From NCBI GenBank assembly GCA_050011875.1, contig JBEKIG010000007.1, forward strand, positions 1-64,000: a DNA stretch of 64,000 bases, written 5' to 3'. The notes under the pieces were generated by a model, which saw nothing but the letters and a program-made list of their open reading frames with translations, ran no database searches and was not told the DNA's origin. This stretch comes from Nitrososphaeria archaeon. GTDB lineage: Archaea > Thermoproteota > Nitrososphaeria > JACIWG01. Positions within the stretch are counted from its first letter, which is position 1, and each line of letters begins with the position of its first letter. This document shows positions 30,502 to 39,921 of the stretch, one piece after another. The translations under genes were made by a program, and so were the position numbers.

Positions 30502-31530
30502 TTAGTAAAACAGCTCTTTTAATGCGCTAAGTATCGCAGGATCTAAGGTCTTAGTCTTTGAGGTTGATTCATCAATGCTTACAGAAACAATCTGAGTTCC
30601 TTTCAGTGCGACCATCATGCCGAACTTTTCTTCTTTTATTAGGTCAACAGCTGCGAGGCCGAAACGGCTCGAGAGGACCCTATCAAACGCTGTCGGCTGT
30701 CCGCCTCTAATAGTGTGACCAAGAGATGTAATCCTAATTTCACCTCCGATTCTCTTCTCAAGTTCTTCAGCCAAGAATTGTCCTACTCCACCGAGTTTCA
30801 CATGGCCGAAATCGTCAACTTTTCCGTCTCTGGTGAATGTTTTAGACACGTTCTTCAAAATTGCACCTTCAGATACGACTATAAGAGCTGCCTTGTCCCC
30901 CTTCAGGCGTCTTTTCTTAATAAAGTATGCGATATCTTCTATATCGAAAGGTTCTTCCGGAACTAGAGTTAAGTTAGCGCCTGCCGCTATCCCAGCGTAT
31001 GCTGCAACCCATCCCGCATTGCGGCCCATTACTTCAGCGATCATAACGCGATCGTGCGATTCGCCTGTCTGTAGAAGATTATCCAGCGCATACATCGCTT
31101 CATTAACTGCAGAATCGAAGCCAAACGTGTAATCGGTAACAGACAGATCATTATCCATCGTCTTAGGAACGCCGACAACCTTTAACCCCATTTTATAGAA
31201 TCTTGCTGCAGCACCAAGAGTGTCGTCGCCGCCGATGGCAATAAGGCCGCCTAAACCAAGTTTCTCCACATTATTCATCACCTTTTCTGGGCCTTCAGGA
31301 TAATTGAAGGGATTGGTTCTTGTAGTTTTCAGTATGGTTCCACCCCACTTATGAATATTTGATATGTTTTTGAATGAGAGGTCAATATAATCTAGCTCAA
31401 GAAGACCTTTCCAGCCGTATCTAATTCCTACAGCCTCCCAACCGTATTCTTCCGCACGTTTGACAGCAGCCCTTATTACAGCATTCAAGCCTGCGCAGTC
31501 CCCACCGCCAGTAAGGAGACCTATCTTCAA
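30502..31530 (-). CDS. pfp: PfkA-family phosphofructokinase, probably PPi-dependent
   Basis: TGGGDCAGLN, GGDDT, PKTMDND, EVMGR. Confidence 0.88.
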   Translation of the reverse strand: MKIGLLTGGGDCAGLNAVIRAAVKRAEEYGWEAVGIRYGWKGLLELDYIDLSFKNISNIHKWGGTILKTTRTNPFNYPEGPEKVMNNVEKLGLGGLIAIGGDDTLGAAARFYKMGLKVVGVPKTMDNDLSVTDYTFGFDSAVNEAMYALDNLLQTGESHDRVMIAEVMGRNAGWVAAYAGIAAGANLTLVPEEPFDIEDIAYFIKKRRLKGDKAALIVVSEGAILKNVSKTFTRDGKVDDFGHVKLGGVGQFLAEELEKRIGGEIRITSLGHTIRGGQPTAFDRVLSSRFGLAAVDLIKEEKFGMMVALKGTQIVSVSIDESTSKTKTLDPAILSALKELFY

Positions 31531-31544
31531 TGTAATTCGCCTTT

Positions 31545-32321
31545 TTATCCTTTGATTATTTTCAATGCTTCCTCTAAGCTTTTCCCTTCTATGACCAAGG
31601 CTCTTAACGCACCAGCCATTTTAAGAGGTTGATTATGTTGCCAAACATTTCTCCCCACCGCTACCCCATTGCCACCTGCATCTATGACCCCTTTAACATG
31701 TTGCAAGAAGATCTCATCAGTGGGAGCTTTTGGGCCACCTGACATCAAAACCTTCGATTTCCCCGCGGCTTTAACAGCCCAGCTAAACGATGCAGAATCA
31801 CCTGAGTACTTTATCTTCACGGCATCAGCCCCGAGCTCGTGACCTATTCTTGCTGCGTAGGCAACTACTTCTTTAGTGGTATCGTCCCTCACTGCTTCAC
31901 CTCTTGGATAAATCCAAACTACAACTGACAGATCATGTTTCCTAGCTTCTTCCTGAATCTTCCCGAATTCTTGAATCATTAAGCTCTCATGCATGCTGCC
32001 TGGGTATATGGTATAACCTACTGCTTTAGCGCCCAAACTTACGGCGTATTCGACAGAGCAGTTTTGTCTAGCAATTGGATCACCTTTAAAGATATTTGTT
32101 TTACCATTTACCTTCACGATCAGGGGAACTCTACCATTATAGTAGTGCTCAGCTAATCCTTTTTGAAAAACGATACCGTTAAAATGCCCCTTTTCAGCAA
32201 TCTCCATTATGAAGCTGGGGTCTATGCTTTTTTGATTAAAGTCTGTGGGACCGTGCTCTAAGCCGTGATCGTATGCGAGTATTATTGCTCTATCCTTTTC
32301 TAGGAACTTATCAAAGCCCAT
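31545..32321 (-). CDS. fba: Class I fructose-bisphosphate aldolase (archaeal DhnA type)
   Basis: LAYDHGLEHGP, YPRG, ELGADAVKIKY, GRNVWQ. Confidence 0.92.
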   Translation of the reverse strand: MGFDKFLEKDRAIILAYDHGLEHGPTDFNQKSIDPSFIMEIAEKGHFNGIVFQKGLAEHYYNGRVPLIVKVNGKTNIFKGDPIARQNCSVEYAVSLGAKAVGYTIYPGSMHESLMIQEFGKIQEEARKHDLSVVVWIYPRGEAVRDDTTKEVVAYAARIGHELGADAVKIKYSGDSASFSWAVKAAGKSKVLMSGGPKAPTDEIFLQHVKGVIDAGGNGVAVGRNVWQHNQPLKMAGALRALVIEGKSLEEALKIIKG

Positions 32322-32436
32322 AGTTATCTAAGCAACGAGATAGAAAGTGATATATTAACTTTTTACATAAGCCTGTTTTAAAACTGACTTTAGACTTCAA
32401 GGATCTAAATTCTACCAAATAAAATAATGCAAAAAA

Positions 32437-33576
32437 TCATTTTTTGAATAAGAGGACACTCTCAAGGGCTGATCCAATTTTGCGTCTTTCGTGATCAGTA
32501 ACCGTTCTCCTTTTAGCGTACAGTATCTTTTCCACTTTGAACCCAACGCCTTCGGCCAGTTCTGATATATGGAAATGAACGGGAATGATCCTATCAGGGA
32601 AGACCCCTTCACCAACGACCATGGCAACTTTGCCGCCGTCTTTCAGAACCCTAAACTGCTCCAGGAGAATCCTTTTCATATCCTTAAGATACGCTTTTCC
32701 AACAGCTGGAATATCCAAGTCTGAAAAATCTGAGAAATCGCCGGTTACATCAAGTCCAATATAGGATCTGATAGCTTCAGATCTTGATTCTCCGAAGAAG
32801 AGCTCAGTTTCCAGAGAATACACTTTCATGTAGTCTATTATGTTAAGATAGGGGGGAGAAGTGATAACGGCATCAAAAGCCGAATCATCGAGGAAATTGA
32901 GATTCCTAGCATCTCCTTGGAAGACCTTAACAGATGCTCTCTCAGGCCCGAACCTCTTTAGATCATTAAACATTCTCTTCACTGTCCTCTTAAAAAGGGG
33001 CCTGAAGGGAGGAATATTTTTAATCGGACGAATCTTAATATAAGATCCATCCTTGTATGCGAATGAAACCTTCTCTGAAGACATCATAAGCGCTAGAGTG
33101 AAAAAGTTCCGAATCACAGGATCTTCGATGCGCGCTATAATACTCTTGAAGAAGATAATATCCTCAAGCGCATATTTTGTAAACGAACGCTTCACCATTG
33201 AACTATAAGCACTGACATCGGTGGGAGCAAATTTGTTCGCAAAGATATTTCTGGATATCGCCTTCATTTTTTCTATGTCGTAGTACATAGTTTTAACTTG
33301 TGAGAGGAAGATCGACAGAGGCATCGCATCAACCCCTATAGAGTTTATTGCACGCTCCTTGCACGAAAGAAGAGTCGTCCCTGAACCACAAAAGGGGTCC
33401 AGAACCCATTTGCCGCCTTTGACCCTAAAACGATCTAACATAAGGAAAACAAAATCTCGTGAGAAACCTTCCTTAAAGTGGAACCAGTTATATATGGGAT
33501 ACCTTTTGTTTGGAACAAAGGTTACAAGCGGACCTAGATCAAAGTCTTCTTCGACTCTAAAATTACCCATCTGCAA
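32437..33576 (-). CDS. Amino-DNA methyltransferase (SPPY, probably m4C), orphan
   Basis: Motif I LDPFCGSGT before motif IV ITSPPY; N-terminal WFHFKEGFS. Confidence 0.85.
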   Translation of the reverse strand: MQMGNFRVEEDFDLGPLVTFVPNKRYPIYNWFHFKEGFSRDFVFLMLDRFRVKGGKWVLDPFCGSGTTLLSCKERAINSIGVDAMPLSIFLSQVKTMYYDIEKMKAISRNIFANKFAPTDVSAYSSMVKRSFTKYALEDIIFFKSIIARIEDPVIRNFFTLALMMSSEKVSFAYKDGSYIKIRPIKNIPPFRPLFKRTVKRMFNDLKRFGPERASVKVFQGDARNLNFLDDSAFDAVITSPPYLNIIDYMKVYSLETELFFGESRSEAIRSYIGLDVTGDFSDFSDLDIPAVGKAYLKDMKRILLEQFRVLKDGGKVAMVVGEGVFPDRIIPVHFHISELAEGVGFKVEKILYAKRRTVTDHERRKIGSALESVLLFKK

Positions 33577-33912
33577 TCATCATTCGTCCTACGGGAGTGA
33601 ATTTAACAATTGTGCACAGGCTGCCCCCGTTTACTATCCTTCTTCGCAATACCTATTTTATTTTGTAAGTGCTTGAATTCAAAGTCTATTAATTTCTTAA
33701 CATAATTTAACTATTTATCTAACTATGACAAATGACAAATCTACTGCCCTTCTAAAACCATATTAAATCAAAAATATGGCCTTCAATCTCAGAAAATCTA
33801 GACCGATTTCCGAGCATAGCGCTAAGAATTTCGCGTTTGAATACTAAATAATGAATGAATACTCGTTGCGGAAAGATTTAATATCCATCCTATTATTTTT
33901 TATTGAGACTAT

Positions 33913-34926
33913 TTGAAGGCCATAATGATTCCAAAACCACATAAGATCGAAGTTATTGACGTCGAAAGACCGATAATAAATGATACAGAGATATTGGTTA
34001 AGGTTAGAGCTGTAGGAATATGTGCTTCAGAAGTTCACGCATTCGAAGGAACACATCCCTGGAGAGTTCCTCCAGTCATTTCAGGCCATGAATTTTCAGG
34101 CTCAATAGTTGAAGTCGGAAAGAAGGTTAAAGGATTCAGTGCAGGGGACAGCGTCACAGCCTGCCCAATAGCAACATGTGACATATGCGAATACTGTCTA
34201 GCGGGAAGGGACAACATCTGCGATAATATTAGAATCCTTGGAACGCCAAAATGGCCCGGTCCATTTGCTGAATATGTAAGAATACCTTATTCGACCGCCT
34301 ATAGGTTACCCTCCAGCCTGACCTTTGAGGAGGGAGCTCTCATAGAGCCTCTTACAGTAGGATTACATACTGTGAACAGATCTTCGATAAAGAGGGGACA
34401 ATTTGTAGCCGTCTTAGGAGCTGGGGCAATAGGCCTCTGCACGCTAATTGTAGCTAAACATTTGGAAGTAACGTCAATAATATCGGATATAGTTGATTCC
34501 AAACTAGATAAAGCAAAGAGTCTTGGAGCGGATTTTATCATTAACCCCAAAAGCGAGGAACTTTACAAAATCGTTAGAGATGTAACAAAGAACAAAGGAG
34601 TTGATGTAGCGATAGACTGCGCCGGTGTATCTAAGAGTCTCACAGACTCATTGAGTCTTGTGAAGAAGGGTGGAACAGTCGTTGTGACTGCACTGTTTAA
34701 AAAGAGCGTGGAAATGGACCCGGGAACAATAACCACAAGGGAACTTGATGTTCGGGGAGCAATTTTATATACAAAGGCGGAGTTCAAGAAGGCTGTATCA
34801 TTAAGCAAGGGAGTTAGAACAGACCTAAGGCAGCTGATAACACATAGAATGCATTTTGAAGACGCAGAAGAAGCTTTTGGACTGATGCAAAAAGGGGAAG
34901 CAATCAGGATAATGTTGAGCCCATAG
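33913..34926 (+). CDS. Zn-dependent medium-chain (polyol/sugar) dehydrogenase
   Basis: GICASE, GHEFSG, CDICEYC, GAGAIG. Confidence 0.92.
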   Translation: MKAIMIPKPHKIEVIDVERPIINDTEILVKVRAVGICASEVHAFEGTHPWRVPPVISGHEFSGSIVEVGKKVKGFSAGDSVTACPIATCDICEYCLAGRDNICDNIRILGTPKWPGPFAEYVRIPYSTAYRLPSSLTFEEGALIEPLTVGLHTVNRSSIKRGQFVAVLGAGAIGLCTLIVAKHLEVTSIISDIVDSKLDKAKSLGADFIINPKSEELYKIVRDVTKNKGVDVAIDCAGVSKSLTDSLSLVKKGGTVVVTALFKKSVEMDPGTITTRELDVRGAILYTKAEFKKAVSLSKGVRTDLRQLITHRMHFEDAEEAFGLMQKGEAIRIMLSP

Positions 34927-35279
34927 CGTGAAAAAATCTTGAGCATTCCTTCTAAACAGTGCTTAATCTCCTTTATTTCGACTTCATCTTAGAAATCATC
35001 TTATACATCATTAGCTAATGCTTCTGGATAAACTTGATGTTCGAGTTTATCTACCATTGTCCCAGAACATACATATTATCGCCTAGACTTTCTCTCATTT
35101 TAGATTTTGCAAAATATTCTAGGTGCTAAAGAAAAATGCATAAGCTAAAGTATGTTTTTAATAACCTTTGTCCACTTAATCTTTTATTAAAACTTCAAGC
35201 TCGGCGAAAAGGCTGAATGCGTTGGTATGGAATCGAAAAAATTTAAATCAGTTTTTGCTACAGTTTAGTTGGATATGAT

Positions 35280-35543
35280 TTGAAAGGCGCAATAGTGTTT
35301 CTTGTAGTCTTCTTCATTCTAGTCTTCGTTACTATCGGATATGTTGAACTACCACCTGGAAGAATGATATACAACCTACTTAACGTCCCCGAAACAGACT
35401 ATTCTGTACTCGGAATTGGAGCGACAACTCTAGCTATTTCAGTGTTCAATGGGGTAGTTTATGGACTCATAGCCTAGTTAATTTATACTCTGGTAGCAGG
35501 AAGGGAGAAGAAGGACCAGACTACCATTATTTCTTCCAAATAG
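35280..35543 (+). pseudogene. Small membrane protein with in-frame TAG at 35475
   Basis: Hydrophobic frame continues past the stop: NGVVYGLIA*LIYTLVAGREKK. Confidence 0.55.
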
Positions 35544-36084
35544 TAGGCTCACCATCACTGATTCGAAGTCTTTAAGATTATATTCAAACTTTCTTAATTA
35601 ATTTGCATAATCTTTATTTTGCAAAGCAAACATTCTTCATAACTCGCATTTCATTCCGCATGGCTCAGGTCTTCTCTATTCGAAATTCGATTACAACTGC
35701 TCTGGAACTATGGTTCATAGTTCCATTTTAGCAGTTCCTTTCTTCTTCTATGGACCGTGGAATTACTCCAAAGCATGGAATAGGGAGGTGCGTGGGAAGA
35801 ACATAGGCATCCGGTGCAGCTTGATATATCTCGTCAATGGATTCTACCTTCATCTTTTATTGCTATTTTTATTAAATAAACTTTCTATGGAAAACTGACT
35901 GGCCCAAGATTCGTTTAACACGATGTCTCTAGTGACCATTCTCCTCTGGTGTTTCTTATCCAAAAAAGGTCAGAGGAACCTATTCCCTAATCCAGACTCA
36001 CTAGCCTAAGCAGAAGTAAAGAGGGTGCTTTAAGGAAGATAAGGAAACAACTTAAAACAACAGACATTTCCACATATAATAAGG

Positions 36085-36169
36085 TGCGGGGGGTGGGATT
36101 CGAACCCACGAACCCCTACAGGATAGACGCCTCAGGCCTACGCCTTTGACCTGGCTTGGCAACCCCCGC
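36085..36169 (-). tRNA. tRNA-Leu(GAG)
   Basis: GCGGGGG acceptor, TAGGC-CTGAGGC-GTCTA, long variable arm, 85 nt. Confidence 0.95.
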
Positions 36170-36214
36170 TTGTGGCTTATGGTTGCGTTTGGTGACTCTT
36201 AATTTTTTTGCGTT

Positions 36215-36590
36215 TGGGTAGTCTTCCTTGAAAATAACAGGAGTACTTGGATTAGTCAATCTTAAAGCCACCGGTCCAACGTAATTTAATGCTTCATTAG
36301 TTACCTTTTTCGTCCCAACCGCGTCTGCGGGGGAGATGATGACTAAGTTAGGTATCGCCCTTATGGCGGCAATATCTTTGATTACCTGATGCGACCCTCC
36401 CATAAAGGTCCAAAGCATACTTGAATTGCAAAGGACAATCTTTATATTAGCCTTATCAAAAGCTACATTTTACCTTATCTGGTTATATGCTCTACCTAAA
36501 GCAAATATGCCATGACAATTTGTTAAAGGAATCTTCCCACCAGCGGCAAGGCCTGCAGCTAACGTTATCATGTTTGCTTCCGCAATTTCA
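36215..36590 (-). pseudogene. Transketolase C-terminal-subunit fragment
   Basis: EIAEANMITLAAGLA...RAYNQIR*NVA...GGSHQ...AIPNLVIISPAD; internal TAA, both ends missing. Confidence 0.85.
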
Positions 36591-36680
36591 AAGCACATAA
36601 GAAGATTACCCATGATAAAGAACGATACGCTAATAGGCATTATCACGGCATGTGACCTTGTTGAAGCGTACGCAAAGTGA
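36591..36680 (+). pseudogene. CBS-domain protein C-terminal fragment
   Basis: KHIRRLPMIKNDTLIGIITACDLVEAYAK* with no 5' part. Confidence 0.75.
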
Positions 36681-36719
36681 ACTCAATTCCTTCCTCTTCC
36701 TTAGATTCAAGATGGGAAC

Positions 36720-36794
36720 TGGAGCCCCGAGCGGGGATTGAACCCGCGGCCTATTGCTTACGAGGCAATCGCTCCACCGCTGAGCTACCGGGGC
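36720..36794 (-). tRNA. tRNA-Thr(CGT), CCA encoded
   Basis: GCCCCGG acceptor, ATTGC-CTCGTAA-GCAAT. Confidence 0.95.
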
Positions 36795-36963
36795 ACGTTT
36801 TTGCTCTAAAAGCTCAAATTATTTAAGCTTAGTGCAGGAAAAACAGGTAGAACATTACTTACCCTAGAAAATTTTTATTTACAACGGAACTGCTAGCGTA
36901 AGACAGCTGAGTGTTCATTGGTGAAAAAAATAGTGATCCAAAAGAGTGAAGCGGTGGATTTTA

Positions 36964-37926
36964 ATGCTTGACGAGTGGAAAATCATAGAAATTATTGTAA
37001 ATACTGTAGGTCAGCCTAAGAAACTTTTCTCTGAAATTGGAGACGATGTCGCCTGGACTAAAAGAGCTATGAAGAAAGAGAAGTTTGTAATTAAATGCGA
37101 TATGCTCGTAGGGAAAACGGATATGCCGAAAGGCATGACACTTAGACAGACGGCGAGAAAAAGCGTTGTAGCATGCATCAGCGACTTCGTTTGCAAAGGT
37201 GTTAAACCCTGGGGTGCACTTATTTCACTGGGTATTCCAAGGGGGTTTACAGATGAAAACGTACTCGAGCTAGCTAATGGACTGAAGGATGCGAAGATTG
37301 AATATGGAATAGAAGTTGTTGGAGGGGACACCAATGAGACATCTGACCTGGTCATCGACTGTGTGATGTTCGGGTGGGCCCGACGAATCGTTAGTAGAGA
37401 AGGTGCCTATAGCGATGAAGCGGTCTTAGTAACAGGAGACTTCGGTCTGCCGCCTCTGGGGCTTGATATAATAAATGGAGTTAAGCAGATAAAGAGCCCG
37501 CGTCTAACTGAAAAGGCAATAAAGTCGGTGCTGTATCCTAATGCAAGAGTAGATTTTGGCCTAAACGCCAGCAGCAAAAAACTGATGACTTCCTCTATAG
37601 ATTCTAGTGATGGCCTATCTATATCGATTTACGAAATAGCGCAGCGGAGCCATGTTGACATCTTTCTTGACGACTTGCCAATCAATGACACTTTGAAGAA
37701 CAATAACGAAGTTACAGATAAGGAAAAGATAGATTACACACTATTTGGAGGGGAAGAATACGAGATAGTGTTTACATGCAAACTCAAGGACTATCCTAAA
37801 GTAGCAAAAATAGCAGAAGAGACAGCAACACCTATCAAAAAGATAGGACGAACAGTAGAGGGGAACGGAAAAGTGTATTTTAACGATGAAATGCTCGCGA
37901 AGAAGGGCTGGGTTCACTTCAAATAA
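36964..37926 (+). CDS. thiL: Thiamine-monophosphate kinase
   Basis: IGDDVA, ISDF, GGDT, DSSDGL, GGEEYE, GWVHF. Confidence 0.92.
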   Translation: MLDEWKIIEIIVNTVGQPKKLFSEIGDDVAWTKRAMKKEKFVIKCDMLVGKTDMPKGMTLRQTARKSVVACISDFVCKGVKPWGALISLGIPRGFTDENVLELANGLKDAKIEYGIEVVGGDTNETSDLVIDCVMFGWARRIVSREGAYSDEAVLVTGDFGLPPLGLDIINGVKQIKSPRLTEKAIKSVLYPNARVDFGLNASSKKLMTSSIDSSDGLSISIYEIAQRSHVDIFLDDLPINDTLKNNNEVTDKEKIDYTLFGGEEYEIVFTCKLKDYPKVAKIAEETATPIKKIGRTVEGNGKVYFNDEMLAKKGWVHFK

Positions 37927-37993
37927 TCTCAAATGAGACAACGAAAAGGGAAAGGTTTTTATCTCATCCTTTGAAAGCGTATAACGAGACGAT

Positions 37994-38176
37994 ATGTCTA
38001 AGAATTTCACAACAGGACAGACTTGGGGCGCCCTAAAGAAGGCGTGGAAAGGTTACAAGATTGCTAAAGTTCAGAGTGACAAAGCTAGAATGATGGAATA
38101 CGCTAAAAGGATAAGGACTTTACAAGAAGAACTAAAGGTAGAGAAAGCGAAGTTCCCAGACTTAAACCTGTACTAA
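37994..38176 (+). CDS. Small basic hypothetical protein
   Basis: 60 aa (GQTWGALKKAWKGYKIAK), own BRE/TATA AAAGGTTTTTAT and T-rich terminator; resembles small thaumarchaeal proteins from recall. Confidence 0.75.
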   Translation: MSKNFTTGQTWGALKKAWKGYKIAKVQSDKARMMEYAKRIRTLQEELKVEKAKFPDLNLY

Positions 38177-38319
38177 GCTAAGCAAAGGGTGCCACCTCAC
38201 TTTTTCTTTTTGTCGCAGTAAGACAACTAATGTTATATTCTATAAAATGTATTATCGTGGAAAATATTTTTTTATTGTGAAAAAACTTAATTTAAAGGTT
38301 GTCAAGGAACCTTTATGAT

Positions 38320-38394
38320 GGGCTCGTGGCTCAGTTTGGATAGAGTACAGGCCCTCTAAGCCTGGGGTCGTGGGTTCAAATCCCACCGGGCCCG
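38320..38394 (+). tRNA. tRNA-Arg(TCT) with C at position 33
   Basis: GGGCTCG/CGGGCCC acceptor, CAGGC-CCTCTAA-GCCTG. Confidence 0.9.
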
Positions 38395-38772
38395 TTTTAC
38401 CACTTTGGGATAGATTGCTATTTGGAATGATATACATGAGAGAGGATTGAAGATTATTTAAAAGATGTCACCAATAGTTTTTGCTTTCTTAATCAGATCT
38501 ATTTTTGTGTACTTTGGTGCCCTTGAAGGCTGGATAAGGCATTCGACATATTTTCTACTTAATTTAAATAATAAGCCTATATAGAGTTTGCAGCCTCCCT
38601 AAAATGGAGACTCCTCCCCCGTTCATCACAGCGATAGGCATTTACAAAACTTCTCCTAATCTCAAGCTGGGAACTACATCCACCTAACATCAAACAAACT
38701 TTACCAAATTGGTTAATGTCAGGATTATAAAATATCGTTTTATAATATCATTTGATAATCTTGGCTAATTCC

Positions 38773-38942
38773 GGCTCAAACAGAAATTTGTATGCAAAAT
38801 TAGCGCTAATTTTCCGCTTGTCGGCTCAGACTGATCTCCCTGTGTACAATTTAACATCCCTTTGCTCTCATACCGGACGCATTTAAGTTGAGCCGGCAAA
38901 AACTGTTTGCGCTAACTTTTTTGCCGATTTTCTGTTTGAGCC
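38773..38942 (+). repeat. 170-bp self-complementary non-coding element, copy A
   Basis: GGCTCA-21-TTAGCGCTAA-13-GGCTCA-60-TGAGCC-11-TTTGCGCTAA-21-TGAGCC; 15-bp terminal inverted repeat CGGCTCAAACAGAAA. Confidence 0.85.
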
Positions 38943-39153
38943 GAACATAGTTGCACCTGGTTAGTTCAACGTTGAACCTTAACAGATTCCGTAAAGGTTC
39001 TTTTATAGTGAACTTGACAAAAAATGCGTACATCAAAAAAGATAAAGAGAACATCAAAGGTTATACGTTCGATGAGAAGAAGGAATTAACCTAAGTACCT
39101 CCTTGGCTCTCCTCGTCGACACCCTAACTTTACCCTAAACCTATAAATTCTCT

Positions 39154-39220
39154 GATATCAAGCTTGATATCGGTCATGAAACAAATCCGGCGGCCCTTTG
39201 GCCCGCCGGAATCATGAAAC
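39154..39220. repeat. Palindrome plus GC-rich hairpin flanked by TCATGAAAC direct repeats
   Basis: GATATCAAGCTTGATATC (39154-39171); TCCGGCGG-9-CCGCCGGA (39186-39210); TCATGAAAC at 39174 and 39212. Confidence 0.75.
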
Positions 39221-39529
39221 GTCAAAACTCTAAAAAGATTACTTAATTTGTAAAGGTTGTTTATAACTACCCGCTTTCGGGCCCAGGAGCCGTTATCATA
39301 ATCGTCTTAGCGACCTCCTCAGGATCATGATTTTACGCTGGGGTTCAAGGTCGATTATATTGCTACGTCAAGAGCAATATGTTATGAACCACATTAAGAC
39401 AGAGAATTAAAATTTAATCTCATTTTAATCTGAAATCGAAGTGGTCTGTAACGTTAACATATAAACAGCTAATTGAGTGAAACCAGAAAATTTAAGTTCT
39501 TCAAACTATTCTTACAATTTAAGCGGTCA

Positions 39530-39828
39530 ATATAGAGAACATACGATTTGGCTTTTTCTATGAGCCCGGAAACGAAAATGAAGTGAAAATATTATTTGGC
39601 ACAGTCATACCTTATCTGGGTGAAGCCTTTGAGGAATTAGGACTTGGACAGTCCGAGTGGTATCTCGACGAGTTCTCTGATGGCGTTCCTGATTGTGTTC
39701 TCGTCATTGATGGAAAGAAAGTAGCGACTGAATTCGAGTTTGTGAGCTATAATTTCTATCAACACGGTCACGATCCAAAGAAGTGCGATTTAATAGTCTG
39801 CTGAAAACATACATGGTTGCATCGTTAA
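39530..39828 (+). pseudogene. PD-(D/E)XK-like nuclease-domain remnant
   Basis: YEPGNENEVKILF...VPDC...EFEFVSYNFYQHGHDPKKCDLIVC*KHTW; TGA where Trp is expected, no clear start. Confidence 0.65.
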
Positions 39829-39921
39829 AGATCCTTCGGAAGATGCCAGTTTAAGAATTGGTCTTGCTCATAAGAAAAGTTAATATCAGGTCGACATGTT
39901 CAAAGAATTAGCGGATAAGGT

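Noticed and set aside
36116-36418. Track ORF of 100 aa as a real gene
   Set aside because: It is the transketolase pseudogene fragment reading through into tRNA-Leu(GAG).
36800-36960. TPP riboswitch upstream of thiL
   Set aside because: No CUGAGA...CUGAU...AAU...CGUAGG core recognisable.
38252-38437. Track ORF of 61 aa
   Set aside because: Antisense shadow of tRNA-Arg(TCT) (GPVGFEPTT).
38773-38942. 170-bp element as an Orc1/Cdc6 origin (ORB) or integron attC site
   Set aside because: No TCCA...GAAAC/G-string ORB consensus or cdc6 gene nearby; the GCTAAC/GTTA motifs lack attC R/L-box spacing and there is no integrase or cassette array.
39154-39220. Possible CRISPR mini-array (two units ending in ATGAAAC)
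   Set aside because: Only 9 bp are shared, there is no third unit, no repeat-spacer periodicity and no cas gene in the window.
14841-39828. Genome-wide stop-codon reassignment (TAG at 14850 and 35475, TGA at 39802)
   Set aside because: TAG and TGA end many intact core genes in the window (e.g. aIF1A and top6A with TAG, nadB with TGA); isolated nonsense mutations explain these cases.
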